Assembly: GCA_963796685.1 (NCBI GenBank)
Contig: CAWCMR010000006.1
Span: forward strand, 32,001 to 96,000
Direction of reading: 5' to 3'
From: an uncultured delta proteobacterium
GTDB taxonomy: Bacteria; Myxococcota_A; Polyangia; Fen-1088
DNA length: 64,000 nt
The stretch's first letter is position 1; every line of letters starts with the position of its first letter. A program made the translations under genes and the position numbers. Below are positions 39,188 through 50,105 of this stretch, piece after piece. Under the pieces are notes generated by a model, which worked only from the letters and a program-made list of their open reading frames with translations, ran no database searches and had not been told where the DNA came from.

Positions 39188-39811
39188 GGGCTGTCCCTAG
39201 TTCTCTGTGTGAGGAAGGAGAAATCCGGGAGAGCGGCGCTCGGCTTCGCGGGCTTGCGCCGGGACGCCCCCTTTGGGAACGGAAGTCAACGGCCGCGCTG
39301 CGCGCGTCCATGACTTCCTCGACCCGAGCGGAAGAAGAAGCCGCGACTGGACCGCAAACTTTATCGGCACCGCTATCTCGTCGAGATCTTCTTCCATCGA
39401 CTCAAGCGATTTCGTGCCATCGCCACTCGCTACGAGAAGACTGCGCGCAATGACTTGGCCCTCGTGCACCTCAGCTGCGCGTGGCTGTGGCTGAGCTGAA
39501 GTCGAGCTCGGCGTGCGGGTGGAGCGGGGGACGACTCCGAGGCAGGGTCTGCCCGTGTTGCCGAGCGCACCGGGCGTCTTCGCCCGGTTGCCAGCGAAGC
39601 GGAACAGGGGCCCGCGACCGGCCTGCACAATGCCGCTCTTCCCTCGGATTTGCTGCCGGTCGCGCAAGGACGCGTCTGCCGAGCGTGCCATGGACGCGCG
39701 CAGCGCGGCCGTTGGCATGCGGCCGCCGAGGAGCGCCCCCGCGTAACCCGCGAAGCCGAGCGCCGCTCTCCCCTTTGCCGCCTTTCCGGCCACGAGTATT
39801 AGGGACAGCCC
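39188..39811. mobile_element. non-autonomous IS5-family derivative (624 bp)
   Basis: GGGCTGTCCCTA terminal IR flanked by CTAG on both sides; long subterminal IRs; internal transposase tail LYRHRYLVEIFFHRLKRFRAIATRYEK. Confidence 0.85.
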
Positions 39812-39898
39812 CTAGTCGGCGAAGCTCGCCTGAGGCCGAACCATCCCCCCATAGCCAGAACAGTTACGCCTTTGGTCATGCGGTGATAGCATCGCCAC

Positions 39899-40510
39899 AT
39901 GATCACTAGAGACTCATGCCGCAAACATGAGGCCGCCTATGGGGCCGCCCTCGCTGGTGCATTCCTTGCCGCACTGTCGGGTTGTAGCGACAAGGATTCT
40001 TCGCCCGATTCCGCGGTGCCCGACACGGCCGTGGATGCGCCAGGTGCACCCGACACGGGGAACTCTCTCGACGAGGCAGCGGACGCCGCAAGGCGGCCAG
40101 ATGCCGGGGCGTGCTCGTACGACATTAGCGAAATCGGGAAGTTTAGTGCTCCCTGCCCAACAATTATCTCGGATTTTCGGGCGTCCCATCAATCCTGTGA
40201 CGCCGGGGTCTTCATCTACGATACACAGTGTGGCCAACGCGAGGTCGTGACCTTGAGTTGGGGTACGCACGGCCAAACCTGCCTCTACGACGCCGGCAGT
40301 CTGGTTGGGCTCGTCCTGAGTGACGACATCTCCTCGTTTTGCAATAATACGGCCAGGTTCATCGAAATCGGTGATACAGCAGGTTGTCCCGGGTCAGCGT
40401 CGAGTGTCGAGCTTTGCAGGTCGAAGGACGCAGGCGTCGCAGACACTGGCGTCGTGGTAGAGGCAGGACCCTCGCAGGATGTGGGCAGCGTGCAGAACGC
40501 TGGCGGCTGA
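39899..40510 (+). CDS. Cys-containing lipoprotein
   Basis: LSGC lipobox, DA-rich linkers. Confidence 0.6.
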   Translation: MITRDSCRKHEAAYGAALAGAFLAALSGCSDKDSSPDSAVPDTAVDAPGAPDTGNSLDEAADAARRPDAGACSYDISEIGKFSAPCPTIISDFRASHQSCDAGVFIYDTQCGQREVVTLSWGTHGQTCLYDAGSLVGLVLSDDISSFCNNTARFIEIGDTAGCPGSASSVELCRSKDAGVADTGVVVEAGPSQDVGSVQNAGG

Positions 40511-40531
40511 TGGGAAGCCTGGGAGGCGGGG

Positions 40532-41326
40532 CTACGCGGCGCTGACCTGCTGCATGGCGCGGATCTGCTTCTCGTCCAGCCGGTAGACGCAATCGAAGAG
40601 CTGCTGCTTGAAAGAGCTGGGGCCGTCGGACTTCTTCACCGCCAGCTCGGCGGCAATCTCGTAGCAGGCCAACCCCGCGGCGGCGGCCTCGGGGACTTGG
40701 CCGGGCGTAGCGCCCGCGAAGGCGCCGATGACGGAGGTGGCCATGCAACCGGTTCCCACCAGGTTGGCCATCATGGGGTGCCCGTTGCGAACCATGAACA
40801 GCTTGCCCTGGCCCGCGACGATGTCCTCGGCGCCGGTGATGACCACGGTGCAGGCGCGCTTGCCGGACAGGGACACCGCCACGTCGCGCAGATCGGTCGA
40901 GACCTGACCGGCATCGACGCCCTTGGTTTCGACGGCCTGGCCCGCGACGCGCGCGACTTCCGAGCTGTTGCCCTTGATGACGTCGATCTTGGCCGCGTCG
41001 AGGATCTCGGCGCACTTGCGGTCGCGGTAGGGCGTGGCGCCGGCTCCGCAGACATCGAGCACGATGGGGATCCCTTTCCGATTGGCGGAGGCGGCGGCGA
41101 GCTTCATGCTGTCCACGAGCTCGGTGGTGAGCGTCCCGATATTCAGAACCAGCGCCGATCCCAGCGAGGTCATGGCCTCGACCTCTTCGGGCGCGTGGGC
41201 CATCACCGGCGAGGCGCCAAAGGACTTCGTCACCTGCGCGCAGTCGAAGATGGTGACCCAGTTGGTGATGTGATGGACCAGCGGGCGCTGCTCGCGTACC
41301 GCCTGCAGGAACGAGTAGATGTTCAT
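40532..41326 (-). CDS. thiM: hydroxyethylthiazole kinase
   Basis: PLVHHITNWV, GASPVMAH, LNIGTL, GTGC. Confidence 0.93.
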   Translation of the reverse strand: MNIYSFLQAVREQRPLVHHITNWVTIFDCAQVTKSFGASPVMAHAPEEVEAMTSLGSALVLNIGTLTTELVDSMKLAAASANRKGIPIVLDVCGAGATPYRDRKCAEILDAAKIDVIKGNSSEVARVAGQAVETKGVDAGQVSTDLRDVAVSLSGKRACTVVITGAEDIVAGQGKLFMVRNGHPMMANLVGTGCMATSVIGAFAGATPGQVPEAAAAGLACYEIAAELAVKKSDGPSSFKQQLFDCVYRLDEKQIRAMQQVSAA

Positions 41327-41415
41327 CGCGCGTGGCTCCTTAGCGGCGAAAACATGACCAGCAAAGTGGACAAATGCGAGAGTATTCTTGCCGCGGGGAT
41401 GCGAAGAGCATCCCG

Positions 41416-41811
41416 CTACCTGCCGGCCCGCAGGCGGTCGAGGAGGGGCTCGGGGAATTCCCTTATGTCGCCCTCGCGGCTGACGCAGGCATGGGCGGTG
41501 TGGCCCAGGGCCAGGAGATCCGCGCCGCGCAGGACGCGGTAGTCGAAGCGCAGGGAGGCGCGACCGAGATCCGCGAGGCGGGTCTCGACCGCGATGACGT
41601 CGTCGTAGAACGCGGGCCGTTTGTAGCTCACCTTGGCCTCGACCACGGGCAAGTAGATGCTGTGTGCGGCTTCGATCTCGCGCCAGCGCGCGCCCTTGGC
41701 CCGCAGCCACTCGTTTCGCCCCGCCTCGAAGAAGCGCAGGTAGTTGCCGTAATACACGACGCCCATCTGATCGGTGTCGCCGTAGATGATTCGAATTTCC
41801 GTCTTGATCAT
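41416..41811 (-). CDS. YbgC/FadM acyl-CoA thioesterase
   Basis: YGDTDQMGVVYYGNYLRFFE. Confidence 0.9.
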   Translation of the reverse strand: MIKTEIRIIYGDTDQMGVVYYGNYLRFFEAGRNEWLRAKGARWREIEAAHSIYLPVVEAKVSYKRPAFYDDVIAVETRLADLGRASLRFDYRVLRGADLLALGHTAHACVSREGDIREFPEPLLDRLRAGR

Positions 41812-42154
41812 GATGTCTTGTGAATCCCCGCGCGAACCCCCGAGGGCATATACCCGAGGTCGAGGGTCGCGGCCGAGTGTCATGGGTAAGATGGACCCAC
41901 GCATACACCAATCCGCGGCCGGCCGAAACGGCTATGGCCCTGGCACTGCCGATTCTCGACCAGATTCGGCGGCATTTGGTCACGACCACGCGATGAACAG
42001 TGGCGCCCTCGGTACCGTGGCGAGGGCACCACAGTGGCGTGTGCGCAGGCGAACACACCTGCACCGCCTGGCAAGGCCTCCCGGCGAGAACCTGTGGAAG
42101 ATTCCACACTGTCTCGGCCAGGCGCGGGCACGGAACGTGCTAATTGGGAAAGCC

Positions 42155-43415
42155 ATGCGTGCTCGGGTCGTGCGTTTCCTGGTGGCCGTGCGTCGACGAA
42201 TCCGTGGCACGCCGCGGATTCGGACCCTTCGGGTCAGGGCCTTGGTGGTCGGCGGGCTCTACCTCTCGCTCGTCTCGACCGGGTGCGTTTCGAACGAGTA
42301 CGTCATTCCGCGGGCCGAGCTGAATCGTTTGTCGCGCCTGCCACCCAGCCAGCGCGGAGCGCGCGTGCAGGTGGTGCAGAGCCTCGGCTCGCGCTGGGAT
42401 TCGGCCGTCGACAATGGCGATCCCGTGTCCGAGCAAGTCTACGCCGACGAGTTCGTGGACTATGACCGACCCGGAACCGCGGGCAATGGCGAGGTCGATG
42501 CACGCGTGGATATTGCCCTGCAACTCGACGGCTGGGTGCACGGGCGTGGGGACGCTCCGCGCGGTGCTGGCGGTCGGGGCTTGAGCGGCTGGCGGGCACG
42601 GCCTCAGGCGCCGCCAGGCGACACGCGGCGGGGCCCGCGCGAGGGAGGCGGCAATTGGAACCTCGGCAACATTGGTGGCGGCGGGGGCGGCGGTGGCGGC
42701 GACGACCTGGCGGTCTTCGCGATCGTCGTGGTGGCGGTGGCGCTCATGGCCGCGGCGGGCCTGGCGGTGACCGAAGGGATTCGCTACGACGGTTTCGTGC
42801 AGCTTCATCCCGAGCAGCCCGTTCACCTGAAGGATTCCGGCGGGCGGCGAGCGCACCATCCCCTTGGCCGCGCTCACGCCCGCCGACGTCGCCTCCAGCA
42901 AGGAAGCCTTGGTCAAGGACGACGAAACCTTCGGCTTTCGCTTCGACCATCGCCGCGCCCTGGATCGCAAGGGCTTGGCCTTCAAGGTCGACTTCGGCTC
43001 GCTCGATTCGCTGTGTACGTGCTACTCGGCGGCGGGCTTGGCCTCGAACATCCAATTCGGCTATTTCCCCCATCACCGTTTTGGTCTTCTTGGCACCTTG
43101 ACCCTGGGCGGTGGCAAGAACGACCTCGACCAAACCTTCCAGCGCCACTCGGCCAACCTCGAGGCGCAGTTCTTCCCCCTGGAATGGTGGCACTTTCACC
43201 TGGGTGGCTTCGGCCACGGCGGCGTGCAAGTGGCGCGCGACGAGCTCGGCACACGGACGGGGCAGGCCTGGGGCGGCGGCGCGATTCTGGAATTCTCCCT
43301 CACCACGCGCCTGGCCCTGACCGGCCGCGTGGACTACACCATTGCCCGCACCGCGCCCGACGGCCAATCATGGGCGCAAATGACGACGTTCACGGGCGGA
43401 CTGGCGATTTACTAG
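42155..43415 (+). CDS. lipoprotein with beta-barrel-like C-terminus (apparent +1 frameshift at ~42843)
   Basis: STGC lipobox-like; two frames joined by removing one G; ends GGLAIY*. Confidence 0.6.
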
Positions 43416-45374
43416 TGGCTGCTCCGCATCTTGCGCATGATGACCACAATGAAGATGATCCCGAGCAGTAGGAGGAAAAGCCACCAGGGCACATGCGTTC
43501 CCGGCGGAATCGGACTCGGGGGATTGCCTTCGTTCGCCGACAGGGTCGTCACGACGTTGACCGAGCCGCCGTTGGGAACGCCGATCTTGTAGAAATCGCG
43601 GCCGATCTTGGTGAGGCCCGCTCCTTCGAGGCCGTGACTCCAGCCGGTCAACGCGCCGTCGTGGGAGACAAAGTAGCCGAAGGAGGGCATGGCCGCGAGA
43701 CGCTTGATGGTCTTCCCGCCCGAGGTGATGACCTTTCCCGTGTCGTACCAGGCGTAGACCATGTAGGTGGGCATGATCTTTTCGACGTCGCCTATGGACA
43801 GCTCGCCGCTCGCGAGCATGCGCTTGATGACCTCGGCCTTGTCTTTGCCGACGACGCACGACTTGCAGCTCCAGGCGGGATAGGCGTTTGGCCAGCGCCG
43901 GGTCGATCGCGCTGCAACCTTCGCCACCTTGTCCTCCGTCCTTGACCTCGCTGGGCATGTTGCGCGTCTTGATGTACAGGTACACGTCGCGGCGGGGTGT
44001 CACCGCCGCAGCCAATCCGCCGATGTCCACGCGCGATACGCGTTTGAATTCGGATGCGGGTACAAAGTCGTGGTTGCGATAGGCGCTGGCCGTCGAGAAG
44101 TAGAGCGATCCGCCGGTTCCTCCAGCGGTTGTCAGATCCACGAGCACGCACTGATGTTCGTTGCGCGTCGGCGTGATGCCGCTGCACCCGGCCGGTCTTG
44201 GGGTCGTGTTGTACAGGCACGCGTCCGGCATCCCGACGGTCCAATCGCAGGTCAGGTCGAACTGGGTGTTGTTGAAGGCCGTCCCCGATCCGGTGGCGGC
44301 GCTGCACCCTGGGATCGCCCGCCACGAGGGAGAGTCGAACAGTGTAGTACCCCAGTCGGCCAATCTGAATCCCGCTTGGATGGCGGCTCCGCCCAAATCA
44401 CCACCGGTGTGGTTCCATGGACGCGCGTTGAAGTGGTTCTGTCGCGTAAGGGAGATTTGGTGCGGATCGTCTCCAGCAGCGGGGGGGATTTTGGAAACGT
44501 CGATACCATCCGATTCGAGGTCGATACCCTTGGTGCAGGTCGGATCCGAGGTGTCGAGCCCGACCTGCTGCCAGGTCGAGGTCGCCGGGAAGAAGGGGGT
44601 CGGGATGGCGTTCTCATCGGCCACATCGGCCAGGCCCTCGGGCATTTGATAGCTGGCTTGCAACGGATCGGTCACGCTAGTGGTGTTGGCCTTGATCTCG
44701 TAATAGAAGCGGAACTTGGTGCCCACGTTGAGCCCGGGCCCGGAGAAGGGATCGTCGAAAGAGCCCGCGGCGTCGATGGGAATGCGCAAGCGGATGGCCC
44801 AGGCATCGCAGACCGCGCCGGCGCAATCCACATCCACGCGCGCGTCGGTCTGAATCCAGGCGGGGAAGTCGGGTATGGCGGTGACCGCGGCCCAGGCAGG
44901 GGTGGCGGAACCGCCGTTCCAATAGAAGCTCTTGCCTTGCAGATTGCCGGGGAACGCGCCGTTGCTGATGGCCGTACCGACCACCCTCTTGATGCGAAAC
45001 ACATTGCCGGTGGAGGTCGAAGGGACACCGGTGTCATTGAAGAACCCCACGTAGAACATGTCGTTGGCGGTCGCGTCTGGATCGGCACGCACCTCCCAAG
45101 ACATGACCAGGTACTTCTTGCCGCCGGAGTTGTCGATGACGATGCGGAAGCGCGCGTAGTCGCCGGTATGGTCGAAGCTGGCGGCACCCCGCCAGCGCGG
45201 ATCGTCGAGGGGCGCAGGGCTGGTCCACCAGTCCGGGGCTCCCATGGTTCCGGGCACGCCACCCGAGGGCGGAAAACAATACAAGGTTGGGGCCGCCGAC
45301 ACGGACCTTGAACTGGACAACAGCGCCAGCGAGGCAACGACAAGAGGCAAGCTTCTACCTTTAAGAACTCCCAT
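43412..45374 (-). CDS. large secreted protein with C-terminal TM anchor (apparent +1 frameshift at ~43863)
   Basis: AGGAG RBS, signal peptide; ends WWLFLLLLGIIFIVVIMRK. Confidence 0.7.
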
Positions 45375-45417
45375 CGTGAGAACTCCTTTTCAAGAATGAG
45401 TGGTTGGGACAGCGGAG

Positions 45418-47685
45418 CTACTGGGGAAGGACCGCGATGTAAACGTTCACTTCTGGGCTTGTACCGGCGGTGACGGTGCTCGCGGGCACTGGACTTGGTA
45501 GCGGATTGCCCCAGGTCTGTGTGAAATAGCGATCGGCCACGGTGGCTGTGCCATGACCAAGTGCCGTGGCGTTCGCGTTCACCGCTATCATCAGCCAGTA
45601 GGTGCCCGGAGCGAGCATCACAGGGGTGGGGGGGCTCGTCACCGCAAATTCATTTCGGCCGGAGTTCGCAGTGCTGAGGGTTCTGTCGACCGAAGCTGCC
45701 AGCAGGGTGTCGGGATTCGAAGTCGTGGCATTGTCGGTGTACAGGGCAAAGGTTGCATGACGATCGGTCGTCGTGCCCTTGAAGATCACGCCGAACCGCT
45801 CGAGCGTCACGGTCGTCGTAATGGAGATGGTCCAACCGACCATGACGCTGGCGTTTTGATTTCCTTGCATTCCCTGATCGCCGTACGAGCCGACGAATTG
45901 CTCGCCCGCGCACGCGGCCGCGGGATAGGTCCCGGCGCAGACGAGGGTGCCGCCGCCAGCGCACGACACGGTCGTGGATTGCTGACAGCCATTGTTGTCC
46001 GCACACTTGATCAGGGTCGTGCCTGAACAGTAGCTGCCATTCATCTGGTTGGCGGCGGAGCACTCGGGGACGCTCGGACAGGTGCAAGTCGCACTGCCTT
46101 GCGCCCCTTGACAGGTTTGGAGGCTGGTGCAGCCAACGGTCTTGGTGGCGACCTGGCAGCCGCTGACCGGATCAATCGCGCAGGTCACCAGTCGCCCTTG
46201 CGAATCGCACGCGGTGCCCTGAACGAAGGTGCCGCCATTCATGCACGCAGCGGGTGGTGCCGGACAAGTGCAGGTGGCGCCACCGCTGGTGGCCGCGGCG
46301 CATGGCTTTCCGACCGGACAGGTCGTGGTCACGGACTGCGGGCAGCCGTTGGCGTCGGCGGAACAGGTGACGACGTCGTTGCTCGAACAGTACGCTCCGC
46401 TCGTTGGGTTGGGCGAGGCGCACGCGGCGACTGCGGGACAGGTGCAGTCGGCGTTGCCGGCTGTTCCTCCGCAGGGCTTGCCAGCGGGGCAGGTCTTGTT
46501 TGGCGCGGAGACGAGACAACCCTGCCCGTCGTGCGAGCAGGTCACGACGGACGTGGCGCCATCGCAGGAGGTTCCGGTGGTGTTGGCGCAAATCGCGGGC
46601 GCGGGCGGGCAACTGCAGTTGGCGGACGGGAAGGTCCCGGTGCAGGGTTTCTGGGCCGGACAAATGGTGGCGGCACCGAGATACACGCAGCCGTCCGTGT
46701 CTTGCAGACAGGTCTGCAGGGAGCCGTCCGTGGTCGAGCAGAAGGAGCCCGTTCCGCCTGAACAGCCAGCAGGCGGTGTCGGGCAGGAGCAGGTTGCGCC
46801 GGAGGCATCGGTGGCACATGAACGGCGCCCGGTGCACGGCGCTTCCGGGCCCCAGCCCGCGCAGCCGTTGACGAGCGTGCAGGTCTGCAACCCGCCGGCG
46901 CTTCCGCAACGCTTGAGGCCGAGGGTGCAACTCGGGGTGCAGGAAGCATTCGAGTCCAGCGCCGTGTCGGCGGGCGCGTCCGCCGCCGGTGTATCCAGAG
47001 CAAGGTCAGTCGGTCCATCCTTTCCGACGGCGTCGGTCGCAGCATCGACCAAGCGCCCCGACTCCAGCGGGACATCCGGCGCCGAGCCAGCATCCGTATC
47101 CAGCCCCGCATCGAAACCGGGTGAAGTCGCCTCCGTCACCAGCGCATCCATGGGTTCGGCTGATCCATCGGGCGCGGCCGCGGCGGCATCGGGTGGTGTC
47201 GGCGGACGATTGGGAACGTAGGTTGGAAGGCTCTTGGGGTCGACTTGAATGGGCTGGGTGCAGGCGCCGTTCGAGCAGGTCAGGCCCGACCCGCAGGTCG
47301 TCACCCCGATGCAAGCGCGACCAAGGAACAACGTAAGCTCGCGGGCCTGGCTTGGGAGAAAGGCCGTGTACGCGTCCTGCCACACGACCGGCGTGGCGCC
47401 GAGCTCCGCCGTGGCGCGGACATCGAAGGCCTCGTCTTTCGCGCCCAGTGGAACCAACGCCAGTTGCACGGGCAATTGCGTCTTCGTGACCAACTTGAAG
47501 TCGAAGGGGTGCGTCCCACCCGACCCCTTGATGTCGAGATGGATGCCGTCGATTTCCGTCGGGATGGCGAGGTCGCTCCACACCGTGACCACGAGCTTGG
47601 TCGAATCCTGCGACTGACAAGCGCCGAGCAGCGCGACCGACGCGACCGACGCGACCGAGACGAAGGCCAGGCTTGTCCGCCGCAT
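45418..47685 (-). CDS. Cys-rich repeat lipoprotein with C-terminal beta-sandwich
   Basis: LGAC lipobox, DA-rich linker, repeated C..D..GC...C units. Confidence 0.8.
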   Translation of the reverse strand: MRRTSLAFVSVASVASVALLGACQSQDSTKLVVTVWSDLAIPTEIDGIHLDIKGSGGTHPFDFKLVTKTQLPVQLALVPLGAKDEAFDVRATAELGATPVVWQDAYTAFLPSQARELTLFLGRACIGVTTCGSGLTCSNGACTQPIQVDPKSLPTYVPNRPPTPPDAAAAAPDGSAEPMDALVTEATSPGFDAGLDTDAGSAPDVPLESGRLVDAATDAVGKDGPTDLALDTPAADAPADTALDSNASCTPSCTLGLKRCGSAGGLQTCTLVNGCAGWGPEAPCTGRRSCATDASGATCSCPTPPAGCSGGTGSFCSTTDGSLQTCLQDTDGCVYLGAATICPAQKPCTGTFPSANCSCPPAPAICANTTGTSCDGATSVVTCSHDGQGCLVSAPNKTCPAGKPCGGTAGNADCTCPAVAACASPNPTSGAYCSSNDVVTCSADANGCPQSVTTTCPVGKPCAAATSGGATCTCPAPPAACMNGGTFVQGTACDSQGRLVTCAIDPVSGCQVATKTVGCTSLQTCQGAQGSATCTCPSVPECSAANQMNGSYCSGTTLIKCADNNGCQQSTTVSCAGGGTLVCAGTYPAAACAGEQFVGSYGDQGMQGNQNASVMVGWTISITTTVTLERFGVIFKGTTTDRHATFALYTDNATTSNPDTLLAASVDRTLSTANSGRNEFAVTSPPTPVMLAPGTYWLMIAVNANATALGHGTATVADRYFTQTWGNPLPSPVPASTVTAGTSPEVNVYIAVLPQ

Positions 47686-47687
47686 GG

Positions 47688-48380
47688 CTATTGGATCCCG
47701 ACGCAGGTCAGGGGTTCACCCGAGCAGCCGTTCTTGGTCCCTCGCCCCACGACAAAGGCCGTGACCGTTCCGGCTACCACGGCGCCCCCGACGGCGGTCC
47801 AAAACCACCAAGCCTTGTAGAAAGGTCGGCCCACTTCTCGAAGTGTGGTGTCGGGGGTACTTTGCGCCGCCAGGCCAGCGTTCGCCGGGACGGGCGGCTG
47901 CAAGGCCGGGTTTGGGGCGGCTGCGACCGGTGGTGGGGGCGCGGCTGGTGGAGCCGCGACCGCGGTGCTGGTCGGCGAAGCGATGGGTGTCGGTGCTTTC
48001 GCTGGCTCGGGATGGGCGCCTTTGTCTTCGTCCTGCTGGCGCTTGAGGTCGGCGATGTGCCTCTCGGCCATGTCCCGATTGGGGGCATCGGTTCCCGAGG
48101 TACGCAGGAACGCGCGGTAGGCGTTGATGGCCTTGTCGGGTTTTCTGCCCAAGCGATAGCTCTGGGCGATGTCGAACAGCAAGATCGGATCGGGCACCAG
48201 GCGATACGCTTCCTCGTAGTGCTGGGCCGCTTCGTCGAAGTGGCCCAGGTTGTACGCGGTGGTCGCCTGCTTGACTTGCTCGCGTGCCAAGTTCTCCTGG
48301 GTCCCAGCCAGGGCGCCGGCTCCGGGGTCACAGACCAACGCGAGCGCTGTCGCGCCTGAGACCAGCCATGCCTTCCACAT
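47688..48380 (-). CDS. TPR protein with C-terminal TM
   Basis: YNLGHFDEAAQHYEEAY; PFYKAWWFW. Confidence 0.8.
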   Translation of the reverse strand: MWKAWLVSGATALALVCDPGAGALAGTQENLAREQVKQATTAYNLGHFDEAAQHYEEAYRLVPDPILLFDIAQSYRLGRKPDKAINAYRAFLRTSGTDAPNRDMAERHIADLKRQQDEDKGAHPEPAKAPTPIASPTSTAVAAPPAAPPPPVAAAPNPALQPPVPANAGLAAQSTPDTTLREVGRPFYKAWWFWTAVGGAVVAGTVTAFVVGRGTKNGCSGEPLTCVGIQ

Positions 48381-48590
48381 GCGCGGAATGATAACCGCTT
48401 TTGCGGACAAAACTAGTCTGCATTCATGGCGACGACGGGCCTCTTGCCGTCCCTAGAACAGGGACGACCGAACCCTGACCTGAAACCTGCGCCCAGGGAG
48501 GGTCTCCCAATACCGGCGGACTGGTTTCGTCCTCGGCGGACGGGTATGGTTGGTCCACGCGTAGGCGGACTGCCATCAAGGGACTTGGCC

Positions 48591-49952
48591 ATGTCATCGA
48601 ACACGGAGGACCGGCAGAATCAACAGGGCGGCGAAAGCGAGACCATGTCGCTCGAGGCCGCCCTATCGCTGGGCGTGGAAAACCAGCGCGAGGGGCGCCT
48701 CAAGGAGGCCGCATACATCTACCTGCAGATTCTGGCCGTCGTTCCCGACAACGTGGACGCCTTGCACTTGCTGGGCGTGGCCGAGCACCAGGCGGGACGT
48801 TCGGAATCGGCGCTGAAGTTGATCGGTCGCGCGCTCGCGCTGGCTCCCGAGCACGCCGACGCCCTCGGCAATCGCGGAAACGTGTTTCAGAGCCTGCGCC
48901 GCCTAGACGAGGCCGAGGCCGACTACCGCCGGGCGCTCGACCTTCGTCCCGACGATGCCAACACGCTCAGCAATCTCGGAACCGTGCTGCGGGCGCGCGG
49001 CGACCTGGAGGGTGCGGTGGCCATGTTTCGCACGGTCCTCGCGCGCAAGCCGGATCATGCGCCGGCTTGGCAGAACCTCGGCGGCACGCTCCAGGCGCTG
49101 GAACGCGGGCCGGAGGCGGTCGACGCGTTTCGCGAGGCCGCGCGCTTGGCGCCGGGCTCGGCGGACATGTTCCGCGACCTAGGCGGTGCGCTCTATGCGG
49201 AGGGGCGCACGCGGGAAGCCGCCGAGATGTATCGCAGGTGTCTCGTGCTGGCACCCGACGATGCGCGCGCCCGGCACCTGCTCGCCGCGTGCAGCGGGGA
49301 ACCTGCGCCGATCCGCGCCTCGGACGATTACGTGCGCGCCGAGTTCGATCACTACGCTCCCACCTTCGACACCAGCCTGGCCCGGCTGGAGTATCGCGGG
49401 CCCGAGCTGATCGCCCGGGCCGTCGAGGAGATCGCCGGCGTATTGCCGCCCAAGCCGGTCGTCGTCGACGCCGGGTGTGGCACCGGACTGTGCGGGCCGC
49501 TCGTGCGCCCGCGCGCCGGCGTTCTGGTGGGGGTCGACCTGTCGGCGGCCATGGTGGCTCTGGCGCGCGAGCGCGGCGTCTACGACGAGCTCGTGGTCGG
49601 CGAATTGACCGGCTATCTGCGCGGGCACGCGCGAGGCTGCGACCTCGTCATCGCCGCGGATACGTTGGTCTACTTCGGCGACCTCGCGGAGGTCCTCGCG
49701 GCGGCGGCGGGGGCGTTGCGTCCGGGAGGCGCATTGGTTTTCACTCTCGAGCGCGCGCAGCCGAGCGATGCCCCGGCCGGCCATCGGCTCAATCCCCACG
49801 GCCGCTACAGCCACACCCGCGACTACGTGGCCGGGCTGCTTGCCGATACCGGCCTTGTCGAGCCCGCGATTCGGGAGATATCGTCGCGCAAGGAATCGAA
49901 GCAGTGGGTCCCGGGCTGGCTCGTGCGCGCGCGCCGCCCACCTACGCCGTGA
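48591..49952 (+). CDS. TPR-containing SAM-dependent methyltransferase
   Basis: Multiple TPRs; VDAGCGTG, GVDLS, GRYSH. Confidence 0.88.
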   Translation: MSSNTEDRQNQQGGESETMSLEAALSLGVENQREGRLKEAAYIYLQILAVVPDNVDALHLLGVAEHQAGRSESALKLIGRALALAPEHADALGNRGNVFQSLRRLDEAEADYRRALDLRPDDANTLSNLGTVLRARGDLEGAVAMFRTVLARKPDHAPAWQNLGGTLQALERGPEAVDAFREAARLAPGSADMFRDLGGALYAEGRTREAAEMYRRCLVLAPDDARARHLLAACSGEPAPIRASDDYVRAEFDHYAPTFDTSLARLEYRGPELIARAVEEIAGVLPPKPVVVDAGCGTGLCGPLVRPRAGVLVGVDLSAAMVALARERGVYDELVVGELTGYLRGHARGCDLVIAADTLVYFGDLAEVLAAAAGALRPGGALVFTLERAQPSDAPAGHRLNPHGRYSHTRDYVAGLLADTGLVEPAIREISSRKESKQWVPGWLVRARRPPTP

Positions 49953-50105
49953 TTCGCTCTTGGCGCCGCCAGCGGGGATTTTTGGGCTCAGTTGCGAAAC
50001 ACGATCTTGGTGATACACAGGTTGTTCAGCGTGAGGGCACACCAGTCCATCGTGATCTGCTTCTTGGCCCTGGTGATGGGCACTGAGGTCGTTTCCGGTC
50101 AAGGA

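Noticed and set aside
41327-41415. TPP riboswitch upstream of thiM
   Set aside because: The intergenic region is short and lacks the conserved CUGAGA core.
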